Below, one piece after another: positions 20,807 through 29,120 of a DNA stretch of 64,000 bases. How positions within the stretch are numbered: the stretch's first letter is position 1; every line of letters starts with the position of its first letter. The notes below the pieces were generated by a model, which ran no database searches, had not been told where the DNA came from, and saw only the letters and a program-made list of their open reading frames with translations. The DNA lies in the sequence record OP123707.1; one strand, written 5' to 3'. Position numbers and translations under genes: made by a program.

Positions 20807-21775
20807 ATGAGAAAACTATCACCGGCTGCACAGGAACGGATGGAACGCGTACACCGTGAGCTAGGTCAACAAATCAAAGAACAACTTCATGCAAACCTAA
20901 CGGACATTAATTTGTGTGATGTTCGGGCAAACGTTAAGGTGAGTTATAAATTATTCCGTGCCGCCGTCGCAACCTTCACCGACTTACAGCCCGTTGATTA
21001 CCTGCAACACATTCGTAAAGAGTACATGGTGGAGTTGATTAAAGAACACGGAAAGGATATCCAAACGGTCACTCGCATGTTTAAGTTCAGCGACCCCAGT
21101 AGCCTTCGCAATTCGGTCTTACGATGGTTTGGGATTTCTTTCACCCAATTGGTTCATCTCATTGAGATCAACCGACTAGAAAAGTTCGAAGCTCAGTCTT
21201 CTCGTTATTACGAATTCGTATTCAATGAGATGGTAGAATTCATTGAAAAGAACAACGGCAGAGTTTCCGTCGACCCTGATCTTTTTAATGAATTCAAAAT
21301 AGGGTCGTACTTGATCTACTTCATCTGGAATAAGAACAACCCCAATGAGACCATTTTGGATTATTGTCAAATGACCCAACTTCAGTGGATTCGTAATAAC
21401 TTCAAAGAAAACCCGTGTACCATGGGAGAGTTATTAAAACGCACGGGTTACAAGCGGTCTTTCATCGACAAAATTCATAAGAACTTTTACGGTAAAACTC
21501 TGAACCGCTGGGTCAAAGAACACACTAATGCTCCGAAGTTCCGCCATCCTGACGGTGGGTACACGTTGGCTGACCCTAAGTATTTAGATCGAGTTAGAGA
21601 TGCCATTAAAACTGAAAGCGACACATTAGAAGAAGTGTCTAAACGCTCAGACATCAGCATTGGAAAATTGAGACGCATCATTACGGGATTCACTGGAATG
21701 AACTTTGGTGAATTTAAACGAGCTGTACTCAACCCACCAAAAGAGGAGTTTTCTACTGAGGCGTCTTATGTATGA
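20807..21775 (+). CDS. Multi-HTH AraC-like DNA-binding protein
   Basis: AraC-type segments: INLCDVRANVKVSYKLFRAAVATFTDLQPVDYLQHIR..DIQTVTRMFKFSDPSSLRNSVLRWFGISF; TMGELLKRTGYKRSFIDKIHKNFYGKTLNRW; TLEEVSKRSDISIGKLRRIITGFTGMNFGEF. AAGGA RBS before ATG 20807. Confidence 0.7.
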   Translation: MRKLSPAAQERMERVHRELGQQIKEQLHANLTDINLCDVRANVKVSYKLFRAAVATFTDLQPVDYLQHIRKEYMVELIKEHGKDIQTVTRMFKFSDPSSLRNSVLRWFGISFTQLVHLIEINRLEKFEAQSSRYYEFVFNEMVEFIEKNNGRVSVDPDLFNEFKIGSYLIYFIWNKNNPNETILDYCQMTQLQWIRNNFKENPCTMGELLKRTGYKRSFIDKIHKNFYGKTLNRWVKEHTNAPKFRHPDGGYTLADPKYLDRVRDAIKTESDTLEEVSKRSDISIGKLRRIITGFTGMNFGEFKRAVLNPPKEEFSTEASYV

Positions 21776-21800
21776 ACATGATTAAAAGGAAACGAACAAA

Positions 21801-22322
21801 ATGCTTATTATCAATACTGATGGATCCTGCATCGGTGTGTCTGGGCCCGGTCCCTCTGGTTACGGTGTGGTCATTCGAGATGGGGATGTCACCGTAGAGT
21901 TATCGGATGGCTACGCGTGGTCCACCAATAACCGTATGGAGTTATTGGCTCCGATTGTAGCACTAGAAGGACTCCCAGAGCGTCGTAACGTGTCTGTCAC
22001 GACTGATTCGCAATATGTCAAGCAAGGTATCGAACAATGGGTACATGGCTGGCGTAGACGAAACTGGAAGCGCGCAGACGGGGGTCCTGTTAAGAACGAA
22101 GACCTGTGGCGTCGATTATACGACATGACTCGTTATCACAATGTCGAATGGCATTGGGTGAAAGGACACTCTGGTGATCCCGATAACGAACGTTGCGATG
22201 CCATGGCTCAAGAAGCAGCCCGTGCTGAACCTACACAAATAGACCACGGCTATTACACGTACAATGAGAACTTACCGAAATACGACGGTCCTAAGTTCCA
22301 ATGGTGGAAGAAGAAACGATGA
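21801..22322 (+). CDS. rnhA: Ribonuclease HI, bacterial type
   Basis: TDGSC, TNNRMEL, TDSQYV, KGHSG and NERCD supply all E. coli D10/E48/D70/H124/D134 equivalents. Confidence 0.96.
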   Translation: MLIINTDGSCIGVSGPGPSGYGVVIRDGDVTVELSDGYAWSTNNRMELLAPIVALEGLPERRNVSVTTDSQYVKQGIEQWVHGWRRRNWKRADGGPVKNEDLWRRLYDMTRYHNVEWHWVKGHSGDPDNERCDAMAQEAARAEPTQIDHGYYTYNENLPKYDGPKFQWWKKKR

Positions 22323-22609
22323 GTGCAATTTCAAACCAAACGTTAAAGAAACTGTTGAAGAAAGTGAAAGCGGGTGAAACCTTGGACCCGAATGAACAGA
22401 GTGCGGTGTACCGTCATCCCCTGGTAGGTAGCACGATACGTTGCAATTTGTTAACTGAAGCGAATTACAGCCCGTATTGTCCGGTTGGTGAAAAGTGTTC
22501 TATGCCACGTACACACTGGAACGGTGAACAGTTCGAGTGTCCGAGTTGCGGTTGGGTGAGTGCTTTCCCAGACGACTTCATGGAACTGTACAAAGCGACA
22601 CACAAATAA
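22319..22609 (+). CDS. Small zinc-binding protein
   Basis: PYC..C..CPSCGW cysteine pattern; ATGA overlap with the rnhA stop. Confidence 0.7.
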   Translation: MSAISNQTLKKLLKKVKAGETLDPNEQSAVYRHPLVGSTIRCNLLTEANYSPYCPVGEKCSMPRTHWNGEQFECPSCGWVSAFPDDFMELYKATHK

Positions 22610-22667
22610 AGACACGTGAGGTGGGGTCACACCTACCTCACTTATTTTTGTTATTTAAGGATTTATC

Positions 22668-23186
22668 ATGTCTAAACGACTCATTAGTGACATCCATTAT
22701 CAAATCAGCAGTGAATCTTCAGCAGAAAGAATTCATCGCTCTTTTAAACAATTCGTTGGTCATCGTAGTTATGATCTTAAAACTAACCACAACTATTTAA
22801 ACCACCATCCGTGGTACCCGAACATCTGGCATGAATACCATGGCCAAACTTACGGGTCACGCTACGCTATCCGACTTAAAGATGGAACTGAGTTCGGTGG
22901 GCGTTTTGATGATATCTTAGTCAGTTGTTTCGCCGCAGGAGAACACTTCTTTATCCAGAAAGAAACCGCGGATGAAATGAGTGATACTCATAAAGTTCCG
23001 AAGAGTGAAGTGACGCACCTCCGTTTATTGAGCATGGAGGAATGCAAAGGAATCGATGCCGCGGAGACTGCCTGTTTGGAACACGCGAGTCATCAAGAAC
23101 TCCGCCAAGTCTACGGTACCCGTCTTCCAGAAATCGGGATTGGTGACACTGGCAATTTATTGTACTTTAAACCACGAGCACAATGA
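22668..23186 (+). CDS. Hypothetical protein
   Basis: 172-aa ORF with AAGGA RBS after the hairpin at ~22616-22641. Confidence 0.7.
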   Translation: MSKRLISDIHYQISSESSAERIHRSFKQFVGHRSYDLKTNHNYLNHHPWYPNIWHEYHGQTYGSRYAIRLKDGTEFGGRFDDILVSCFAAGEHFFIQKETADEMSDTHKVPKSEVTHLRLLSMEECKGIDAAETACLEHASHQELRQVYGTRLPEIGIGDTGNLLYFKPRAQ

Positions 23187-23187
23187 C

Positions 23188-23670
23188 ATGAAAACAAAGT
23201 TAGATTTAGAAAGTGGGACCGCTAAGGGTTACGTCTCCGTAGACTTGGCGTTCCATCAATGTGAACGCATCCGTGATGTGTTGATCGAACAAAACATCAC
23301 TCCCATCGACCAAGGTCATTTTCACTCTACAATAGCGTACGACAGAGAAGTTAATGGCTCGTGTTTAGAAATCGAGATCGACCCTACTAAGATTTATGAA
23401 GGGGAAGTAGTCGCGATTGAACTGTTGGGACCTATCAAAGATGGGAAACAATCCGCACTGGCATTCGTTCTTAAATCCGATCAATTGCGTGAAGAACATT
23501 TCAAATGGATGGCGGTTGGATTCGATCACGGGTGGGATGATTACATCCCCCATATGTCAGTGGCGTATGACATCGATGTTGAAGAAGGGGAACGCATGAA
23601 AGAGATCTTAAAACCTTTCATCGGAGAGACCTTCTATTTTGACAACTTAAGTGCTGAACCTGTTCAGTGA
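23188..23670 (+). CDS. acb1: 2H phosphoesterase, Acb1-like anti-CBASS nuclease
   Basis: Two HxS/T motifs (FHSTIAYDR, DDYIPHMSVAY) in the arrangement of T4 Acb1/gp57B (IHSTICYSR, DDYTPHITLSY). ATG 23188 follows the previous stop. Confidence 0.82.
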   Translation: MKTKLDLESGTAKGYVSVDLAFHQCERIRDVLIEQNITPIDQGHFHSTIAYDREVNGSCLEIEIDPTKIYEGEVVAIELLGPIKDGKQSALAFVLKSDQLREEHFKWMAVGFDHGWDDYIPHMSVAYDIDVEEGERMKEILKPFIGETFYFDNLSAEPVQ

Positions 23671-23723
23671 TTTTGTGCCCTACCTTAACGGGTAGGGTTT
23701 ATTTTTGTTTTAGGATTATAATA

Positions 23724-24371
23724 ATGAGTAGAAAACCAAAGGGCCGTCGTAACGTGCAAGTTGACCTTCGTCGTCGTCAGAGTCAAAAACGTAACCAAAG
23801 AACCATCGCATTGGTCGTGGCTAAAATCAATGACATGTTGTATTTCTCGGGTTCCCACGTTCACAAAATGGATGGGAAACATTGGTTTCCGTCCCTAAAA
23901 CACCTAGCGCGTCACGATGATCGTAAAACCGCCATTAAGGTCGCGATCCAAACGTTGTGTCAAGAAACCGAATGGCAGCTGCTCCACTTTATTGCAGTGG
24001 ACGTTGGTGACAGCGTTGAGTTGTTCTCGTTCACGAACGTTTTGCATAAGGCCACTTACCTCACCGCCCCAGAGAAAGTCATGGAGTTGATCGATGGTAC
24101 GTTGAAAATGACACAAAAGAACATCGATGACGAAGTAGAGGTTGAAGGCACTCAACTGACCAAATACGCGAAGATCACCGGGTTTGCTTATTACTTATTT
24201 AACTCCACCGGGTATGATATAAAGGGATCCGAAGACGACATCGCCGATTCGTTGTTTGAAACAGGAACATTCGATTACCCGTTTGATCCTAACGAATACG
24301 AACGTTTAACCCCTACTGATTTTTCTGAATTCTTCACTCGTCAAGAACAAGCTTGTATTAAACTATCTTAG
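23724..24371 (+). CDS. Hypothetical protein with basic N-terminus
   Basis: ATG 23724 (MSRKPKGRR) after the terminator hairpin CCCTACC/GGTAGGG and an AGGA RBS. Confidence 0.7.
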   Translation: MSRKPKGRRNVQVDLRRRQSQKRNQRTIALVVAKINDMLYFSGSHVHKMDGKHWFPSLKHLARHDDRKTAIKVAIQTLCQETEWQLLHFIAVDVGDSVELFSFTNVLHKATYLTAPEKVMELIDGTLKMTQKNIDDEVEVEGTQLTKYAKITGFAYYLFNSTGYDIKGSEDDIADSLFETGTFDYPFDPNEYERLTPTDFSEFFTRQEQACIKLS

Positions 24372-24381
24372 AGGAACCACT

Positions 24382-25542
24382 ATGTCTAACTACATTCATT
24401 CACTGGCACAAATCATTGCACAACTACCAACAATTACTGAACAAACTCCGGTACTCAACTTCCAACACCAATTTGTTGCGGACCAAGAAGGTTTCTTACC
24501 ACAATGGTCAGACGTAGCACGAATCGACGGGGTTAAACAAGCGGTCGGTGAATTGAACTGGTTATTTTCAGATCGACCTTCTTTAATGGACCTGCATCCT
24601 ACTGGTTGTCATCACCGCGACGGTTTAGCGGTGTACGAAGACTTGAACATCACTAATGAACTAACTGAAGCTGATCGACATAATCGCGTCATGGTGAAAT
24701 TCATCGAAGCGGGATTAGAGATCAAGAGCATAGAAGACGTTCGTCAGGCTTACATCGACAACGGTATGATGGCGAAACATCTAACCTTGGATAAATGCAT
24801 TGAAGAATCGGGCATCGGTTCTACAGAAACCATTCCAGTGGTGGGCGCTGGCGAAACTGGTCAAAACCACGGCATGTTCTTTTCCTCGGTGGCACCCAAC
24901 GGCGTGTTCTTCTTCCAACATCCTAGCATGATGCCAGATGCGGCTCTGACTTTAGAAGAGAACCTAATCCAAGGTCGTCTTGGTTACACACCAAAGCAAA
25001 CCACATTAAGTTTTGTTAAACTCCCAATCCCTTCTGATAAACGTCTCGAGTATTTCTTTAACGAATTCGAGTGCAACGATGAAGTGGCAGTTAATGTAGT
25101 GAAAGCATTAGTGGAGGGTAAATCGTTCGCTGAAACCCCTGGGTTAGACGTGTACATGGATGACGCCATGTTTGAATCATCAGGTTCTAGCGGTGCTATC
25201 AAACACGTACTAAATATCGTTGAGTGCCCGGAGTTCCATTTGCACGCTAAGTTGCATTTATCGAACCTGTTCCCGATTACAGAGTTCAGTTATGAAGTCC
25301 TGCCGTACATCATCTACGCTCGACAAGTTTCGGACTCCCTCAATGCGCTTTACCAATCATTCACGCTGGACGTCAATGCGATCATCTTGGATGAAGAAGA
25401 AGTTGACTTGGTCAATACGGTATTGGACGAGCATCAGTTCAGTGTTCCATCGGCCTCGTTCTCATTACCGGAAGACTTCAGTTTCGGCGATCGTCCTTTA
25501 ACCATGGACGACCTTAACTTAGTGGGTTACCACGGCAACTAA
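24382..25542 (+). CDS. Thymidylate synthase (ThyA)-fold protein lacking catalytic residues
   Basis: Aligns by eye to ThyA end to end: MSNYIHSLAQII, GELNWLFSD, PSMMPDAALTLEENLIQGRLGYTPKQ, LTMDDLNLVGY. PCH is replaced by PKQ and the QRS-x-D, N and H-x-Y motifs are absent. Confidence 0.7.
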   Translation: MSNYIHSLAQIIAQLPTITEQTPVLNFQHQFVADQEGFLPQWSDVARIDGVKQAVGELNWLFSDRPSLMDLHPTGCHHRDGLAVYEDLNITNELTEADRHNRVMVKFIEAGLEIKSIEDVRQAYIDNGMMAKHLTLDKCIEESGIGSTETIPVVGAGETGQNHGMFFSSVAPNGVFFFQHPSMMPDAALTLEENLIQGRLGYTPKQTTLSFVKLPIPSDKRLEYFFNEFECNDEVAVNVVKALVEGKSFAETPGLDVYMDDAMFESSGSSGAIKHVLNIVECPEFHLHAKLHLSNLFPITEFSYEVLPYIIYARQVSDSLNALYQSFTLDVNAIILDEEEVDLVNTVLDEHQFSVPSASFSLPEDFSFGDRPLTMDDLNLVGYHGN

Positions 25543-25552
25543 ATTAATTCAC

Positions 25553-25564
25553 ACCTATATTACT
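25553..25564 (+). promoter_or_regulatory. Putative early promoter ACCTATATTACT
   Basis: Exact copy of the 13842 motif, upstream of the chaperonin gene. Confidence 0.75.
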
Positions 25565-25628
25565 CAGGTGTCAAAGCCTGAGTAATAATTTTTATTACTT
25601 TTATATTAACCTTAATTAAGGAATCAAC

Positions 25629-27188
25629 ATGTACGTTAATTACAAAGAAACCAAAGACCTAAAAAGCACTGTCGTTAATGAAGTATGTGGTGCTGTTGTA
25701 GCGACCATGGGTCCCGACGGTCAAGTGGTGGTTTGTGATAAATCTGGTATTCCTCATCCAACCAAAGATGGGGTGACTGTTGCGAGAGCCATGCGCTTCG
25801 AAGACAAGTCAAAAGATTTGATCGCTACCATGATAGCTGAATGTTGTTTGCGCACTGACCGCATTTGTGGGGATGGTACGACAACCACTGCTTTCTTATT
25901 GAGAGAATTCTATCGTCGTTTCCACACAGACATTAACTTCCGTACTAAGAAGTTGTTGCGTCAATACACGGATGAAGTCATCGAGATACTGGACCAAATG
26001 GCTGTGCACGTTACCATCGACTCAACTCTGTTGCGTGACGTGATGTTAACCACCAGTAACAGTGATGAACGCATCGTGGACAAAGTGCTGGAGATCTATC
26101 GTGAAAACCCACATCTGCCTGAACTTGAACTGGCGGACTCTGGGGATGATGAAGACCACGTTCAATCGAAACAAGGTTGTACTTGGCCGGGTGGTTTCTC
26201 TTCACCAGACATGTCTAACCTAGGCACCGGTACCGTAGAGACGTTCACAGGTCGAGGTGATTACCGTCCGGTGTTGCTGTCGGATAAACTGGCGGGATTA
26301 GAGAGTAAAGATGAAATCAACAAATTCATGGAGCTGACTTCAGAGTTCATCAATGCAGGTGGCACATACTTAATCATTTGTCGTGGTACCGAACCACAAA
26401 CTGAGCAAATCATTAAGTCCATGAATGCTTCCATTGGTCGTGTGGGTTACAAAGTCATTAAGATCAATGCCGCGGGTTCATCTGGTGTGTCGATCATCAA
26501 TGACATCGCTTTGGTGTTAAACACAAAGATGCAGGTAACGTTGTTGGAAAACGAAGCAGTTTACGGACTGGATATCGTACGCCCTTCAATCGCAGTCAGC
26601 ATTTCTCAGTTCCGTGTTGCGGGTTACTTAGCAGAACACCAAGCGGCCCTCGACAAAGCCATCCTAGCGGTGAAGGATGTTATTGGGGAACTTGACGTAG
26701 AGCAACGTAATAGTGCGTTAGGTAAAATCATCAAGTCTCGCCTTCAAATCCTATCGGGTGGTAGCGTTAAGTTGTACGTTGGTGGTGTAACGGAATCTGA
26801 CATCAAAGAACGTCGTGACCGTTATGAAGACGTAGGTCGTGTTTGTAAGTCGGCGTTAACGAATGGCGTGCTGCAAGGTTGTGGTTACACGTTGGCACAA
26901 ATCGCTGCGGTATTAGAAACTAAATATCCAGAGTGTCACGTTGCTTCAACTTATGCGTCGGTATTACGTCAACAGGTCGTTTACTTGATGCAACAAGACT
27001 TCGACAAAATCACCGAGTACACAAACTTAGCGACCGGAGAAACAGGAGCCACTCCGGGTGAGATCAATGTATGGGATGCGGCACTGGCTACTCGCACGGC
27101 ATTAGAAGCGGGGGTATCTATGGCGATCATGCTGGCGGATACTAACTCACTGATTCTGAATTCTCGTTTGAGTGATGTGCGTTTTTAA
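25629..27188 (+). CDS. groEL: Phage chaperonin (GroEL-like)
   Basis: TMGPDG, TKDGVTVA, GDGTTTT, RYED (D398 equivalent), GVLQGCG. No GGM tail and no groES in the window. Confidence 0.93.
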   Translation: MYVNYKETKDLKSTVVNEVCGAVVATMGPDGQVVVCDKSGIPHPTKDGVTVARAMRFEDKSKDLIATMIAECCLRTDRICGDGTTTTAFLLREFYRRFHTDINFRTKKLLRQYTDEVIEILDQMAVHVTIDSTLLRDVMLTTSNSDERIVDKVLEIYRENPHLPELELADSGDDEDHVQSKQGCTWPGGFSSPDMSNLGTGTVETFTGRGDYRPVLLSDKLAGLESKDEINKFMELTSEFINAGGTYLIICRGTEPQTEQIIKSMNASIGRVGYKVIKINAAGSSGVSIINDIALVLNTKMQVTLLENEAVYGLDIVRPSIAVSISQFRVAGYLAEHQAALDKAILAVKDVIGELDVEQRNSALGKIIKSRLQILSGGSVKLYVGGVTESDIKERRDRYEDVGRVCKSALTNGVLQGCGYTLAQIAAVLETKYPECHVASTYASVLRQQVVYLMQQDFDKITEYTNLATGETGATPGEINVWDAALATRTALEAGVSMAIMLADTNSLILNSRLSDVRF

Positions 27189-27263
27189 TCAATAAAGATG
27201 TGGGTTCCTACGGGGACTCACATTTATTGAGGTTTATTTTTTTGTTAAAAGGAGAACAATAAC

Positions 27264-27539
27264 GTGAAGAAGTTTTTCAATTTTCTCGTCTGGTGGTGCA
27301 AAGAGAAACTGGCAGGCAAAGAATTAAAAGAATTAGAGACTTTAAAACTTCGTTTGAACGATCTGGAAACTTGGTGTTCCTATGACCCTTCAGTATCCGC
27401 TGGAGCGCGTTGGGTGAAAGATCCGAACTCTTACCCGAGTCAGTGTCATGGTCCACATGGTTCCATCGAGGACTTTCGTCGTTACTTATCGGAACATTTC
27501 CATCCATCCGCACCTGTTAAAAGTGCATGGAGGGAATAA
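27264..27539 (+). CDS. Hypothetical protein
   Basis: GTG start with AAGGAG RBS. Confidence 0.7.
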   Translation: MKKFFNFLVWWCKEKLAGKELKELETLKLRLNDLETWCSYDPSVSAGARWVKDPNSYPSQCHGPHGSIEDFRRYLSEHFHPSAPVKSAWRE

Positions 27540-27541
27540 CA

Positions 27542-27847
27542 ATGATGAAAGCCGTATTCGCTAAAGCACGATTAAACAACACCTACGAAGTGCTGACGGA
27601 TTCTCGTGAACTCAGCCGCATCATGAGTATGTTGACGGTCGGTGTAATAGCGGGAGCATTAGGATTCCTTTGGTTGCAGGGAGCAATCGCGTTGGGGGTC
27701 ATTTATTTACTGATTATGGTTTCTGTGGGGAATGTCTACGAAATAAGAATCAAACCTTTTCAAGAATTATGGTTTACTAAAATAGCAATGGTCTCTGCTT
27801 CGATCGTGGGGTGGGTGATCTGGTTAATATTGGAGCGACTTTTATGA
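27542..27847 (+). CDS. Small membrane protein (~3 TM)
   Basis: GGAGG RBS; three hydrophobic segments. Confidence 0.7.
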   Translation: MMKAVFAKARLNNTYEVLTDSRELSRIMSMLTVGVIAGALGFLWLQGAIALGVIYLLIMVSVGNVYEIRIKPFQELWFTKIAMVSASIVGWVIWLILERLL

Positions 27848-28137
27848 ACAAAATGACGGTATTATTAAAGACAGAACGTGAAGCTTGGGGTTTATGGATT
27901 TTGTCTTTAGTTGCGGTAGTCATGTGGGGGTTGGATCATGCATGGGTGATGAATGGATTAGCGATCGCCATTGCACTGGAATTGCTTTATGTCTTCTTTA
28001 ACCCTAAAGATACGTTCCATGAGATTTTAAGAAGCTCGGGTTTCTTTACGATTAAGGGTATGTGGTTCGACGTACCGATGTGGTTGGGGGTTTCTTGGTT
28101 GTTCCATAACGGGGAGATGCTGAGAGGCTTATTATGA
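27844..28137 (+). CDS. Small membrane protein (2-3 TM)
   Basis: ATGA-coupled to the previous gene; hydrophobic segments WGLWILSLVAVVMWGL and WVMNGLAIAIALELLYVFF. Confidence 0.7.
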   Translation: MNKMTVLLKTEREAWGLWILSLVAVVMWGLDHAWVMNGLAIAIALELLYVFFNPKDTFHEILRSSGFFTIKGMWFDVPMWLGVSWLFHNGEMLRGLL

Positions 28138-28406
28138 TCACCGACTTAGAAGGCAATCCTTCGAACTGGTTGCGTTGGACCATCGGGGTGGTGTTGTTGT
28201 GTCTTGGGATGATCTTCGGTCAATGGTGTATCGTGGTTGGAATTTTGTCTACCTATCTCACCGCGGTCGTTCTGGGGTTCACCACGTCCGGTGAAGAGTA
28301 CGCCTTGGACATCAGTAAAGACACCTTCATCACTTTCAACAATCTAGGCATTTCGATTGCGGTCGGATTATTAATTACTTTCACTTTACACATAGCGGGA
28401 CTCTAA
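28134..28406 (+). CDS. Small membrane protein (~3 TM)
   Basis: ATGA-coupled; three hydrophobic segments; stop overlaps the tdk start (TAATG). Confidence 0.7.
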   Translation: MITDLEGNPSNWLRWTIGVVLLCLGMIFGQWCIVVGILSTYLTAVVLGFTTSGEEYALDISKDTFITFNNLGISIAVGLLITFTLHIAGL

Positions 28407-29002
28407 TGAGCAAGATCTATTTTTACACTAGCGCCATGAACTCAGGCAAGACCACCACAGCCATCCAAACAGCCTTTAATTATAAAGAGCGTGGGATGTA
28501 CCCTTACGTCCTTAAACCGGTCGTGGATACTCGTGACGGCTGTCCTCGTACGCTATCTAGTCGTAGTGGAGCTAAATGGGATAACTGCATTCCTTTCCCG
28601 AAAGAAGGGTTGGGTGAGATGGAGTTGTGGTTACGTAATCCTGAGCAAGCTCCAGACGTCATCATTATCGATGAAGTGCAGTTCATCAGTGTTGAGCAAA
28701 TTGAAGCCCTGAGTTTGATTTGTGAAGAACGCGGTATCCCACTGTTATGTTACGGTCTGCGTAACAACTTCCAGGGTGGGGGTTTCCCAGCGTCTGATTG
28801 GCTATTGCGTCATGCATCGAGCATCAACATCGTGAAAGGGATGTGTTGGTGTGGGAAGAATGCAACCCACAACATGATGGTCATGGATGGGAAAGCGCAC
28901 TACGGTAACCCGGGTGAATCCGCAGTGGTGGTGGGCGGTAATGAAACGTATCATGCGGTGTGTTTAACCCACTTCCGTAGCGGTGAGTTCAAACGTCCTT
29001 AG
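28406..29002 (+). CDS. tdk: Thymidine kinase (TK1/bacterial type)
   Basis: SAMNSGKTT P-loop, IIDEVQF, CYGLRNNFQG, zinc ligands CWCG and YHAVCLTHF. Confidence 0.95.
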   Translation: MSKIYFYTSAMNSGKTTTAIQTAFNYKERGMYPYVLKPVVDTRDGCPRTLSSRSGAKWDNCIPFPKEGLGEMELWLRNPEQAPDVIIIDEVQFISVEQIEALSLICEERGIPLLCYGLRNNFQGGGFPASDWLLRHASSINIVKGMCWCGKNATHNMMVMDGKAHYGNPGESAVVVGGNETYHAVCLTHFRSGEFKRP

Positions 29003-29008
29003 CGGCAT

Positions 29009-29017
29009 GATTTTATG
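29009..29017 (+). promoter_or_regulatory. Putative late promoter GATTTTATG
   Basis: Recurring motif, ~100 nt upstream of the Ig-domain virion-type gene. Confidence 0.6.
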
Positions 29018-29120
29018 GTCTAGGGGCTGCTACCCAGCTCCTTGATTGCAGCTAAGTCCACTTAGAACTTTCCTGGGGAGGATTCGTTAAGAGTGTTCCC
29101 CAAGTTACAAGGAGATATTA
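29018..29120 (+). promoter_or_regulatory. Structured 5' leader with anti-SD
   Basis: Three consecutive stems, plus CTCCTTG (29038-29044) complementary to the RBS CAAGGAG (29108-29114). Confidence 0.45.

Noticed and set aside
29018-29120. Match of the structured leader to a known riboswitch or hammerhead
   Set aside because: Conserved cores (e.g. CUGAUGA/GAAA, c-di-GMP GGCAAAC) are not present; kept only as an unassigned structured leader.
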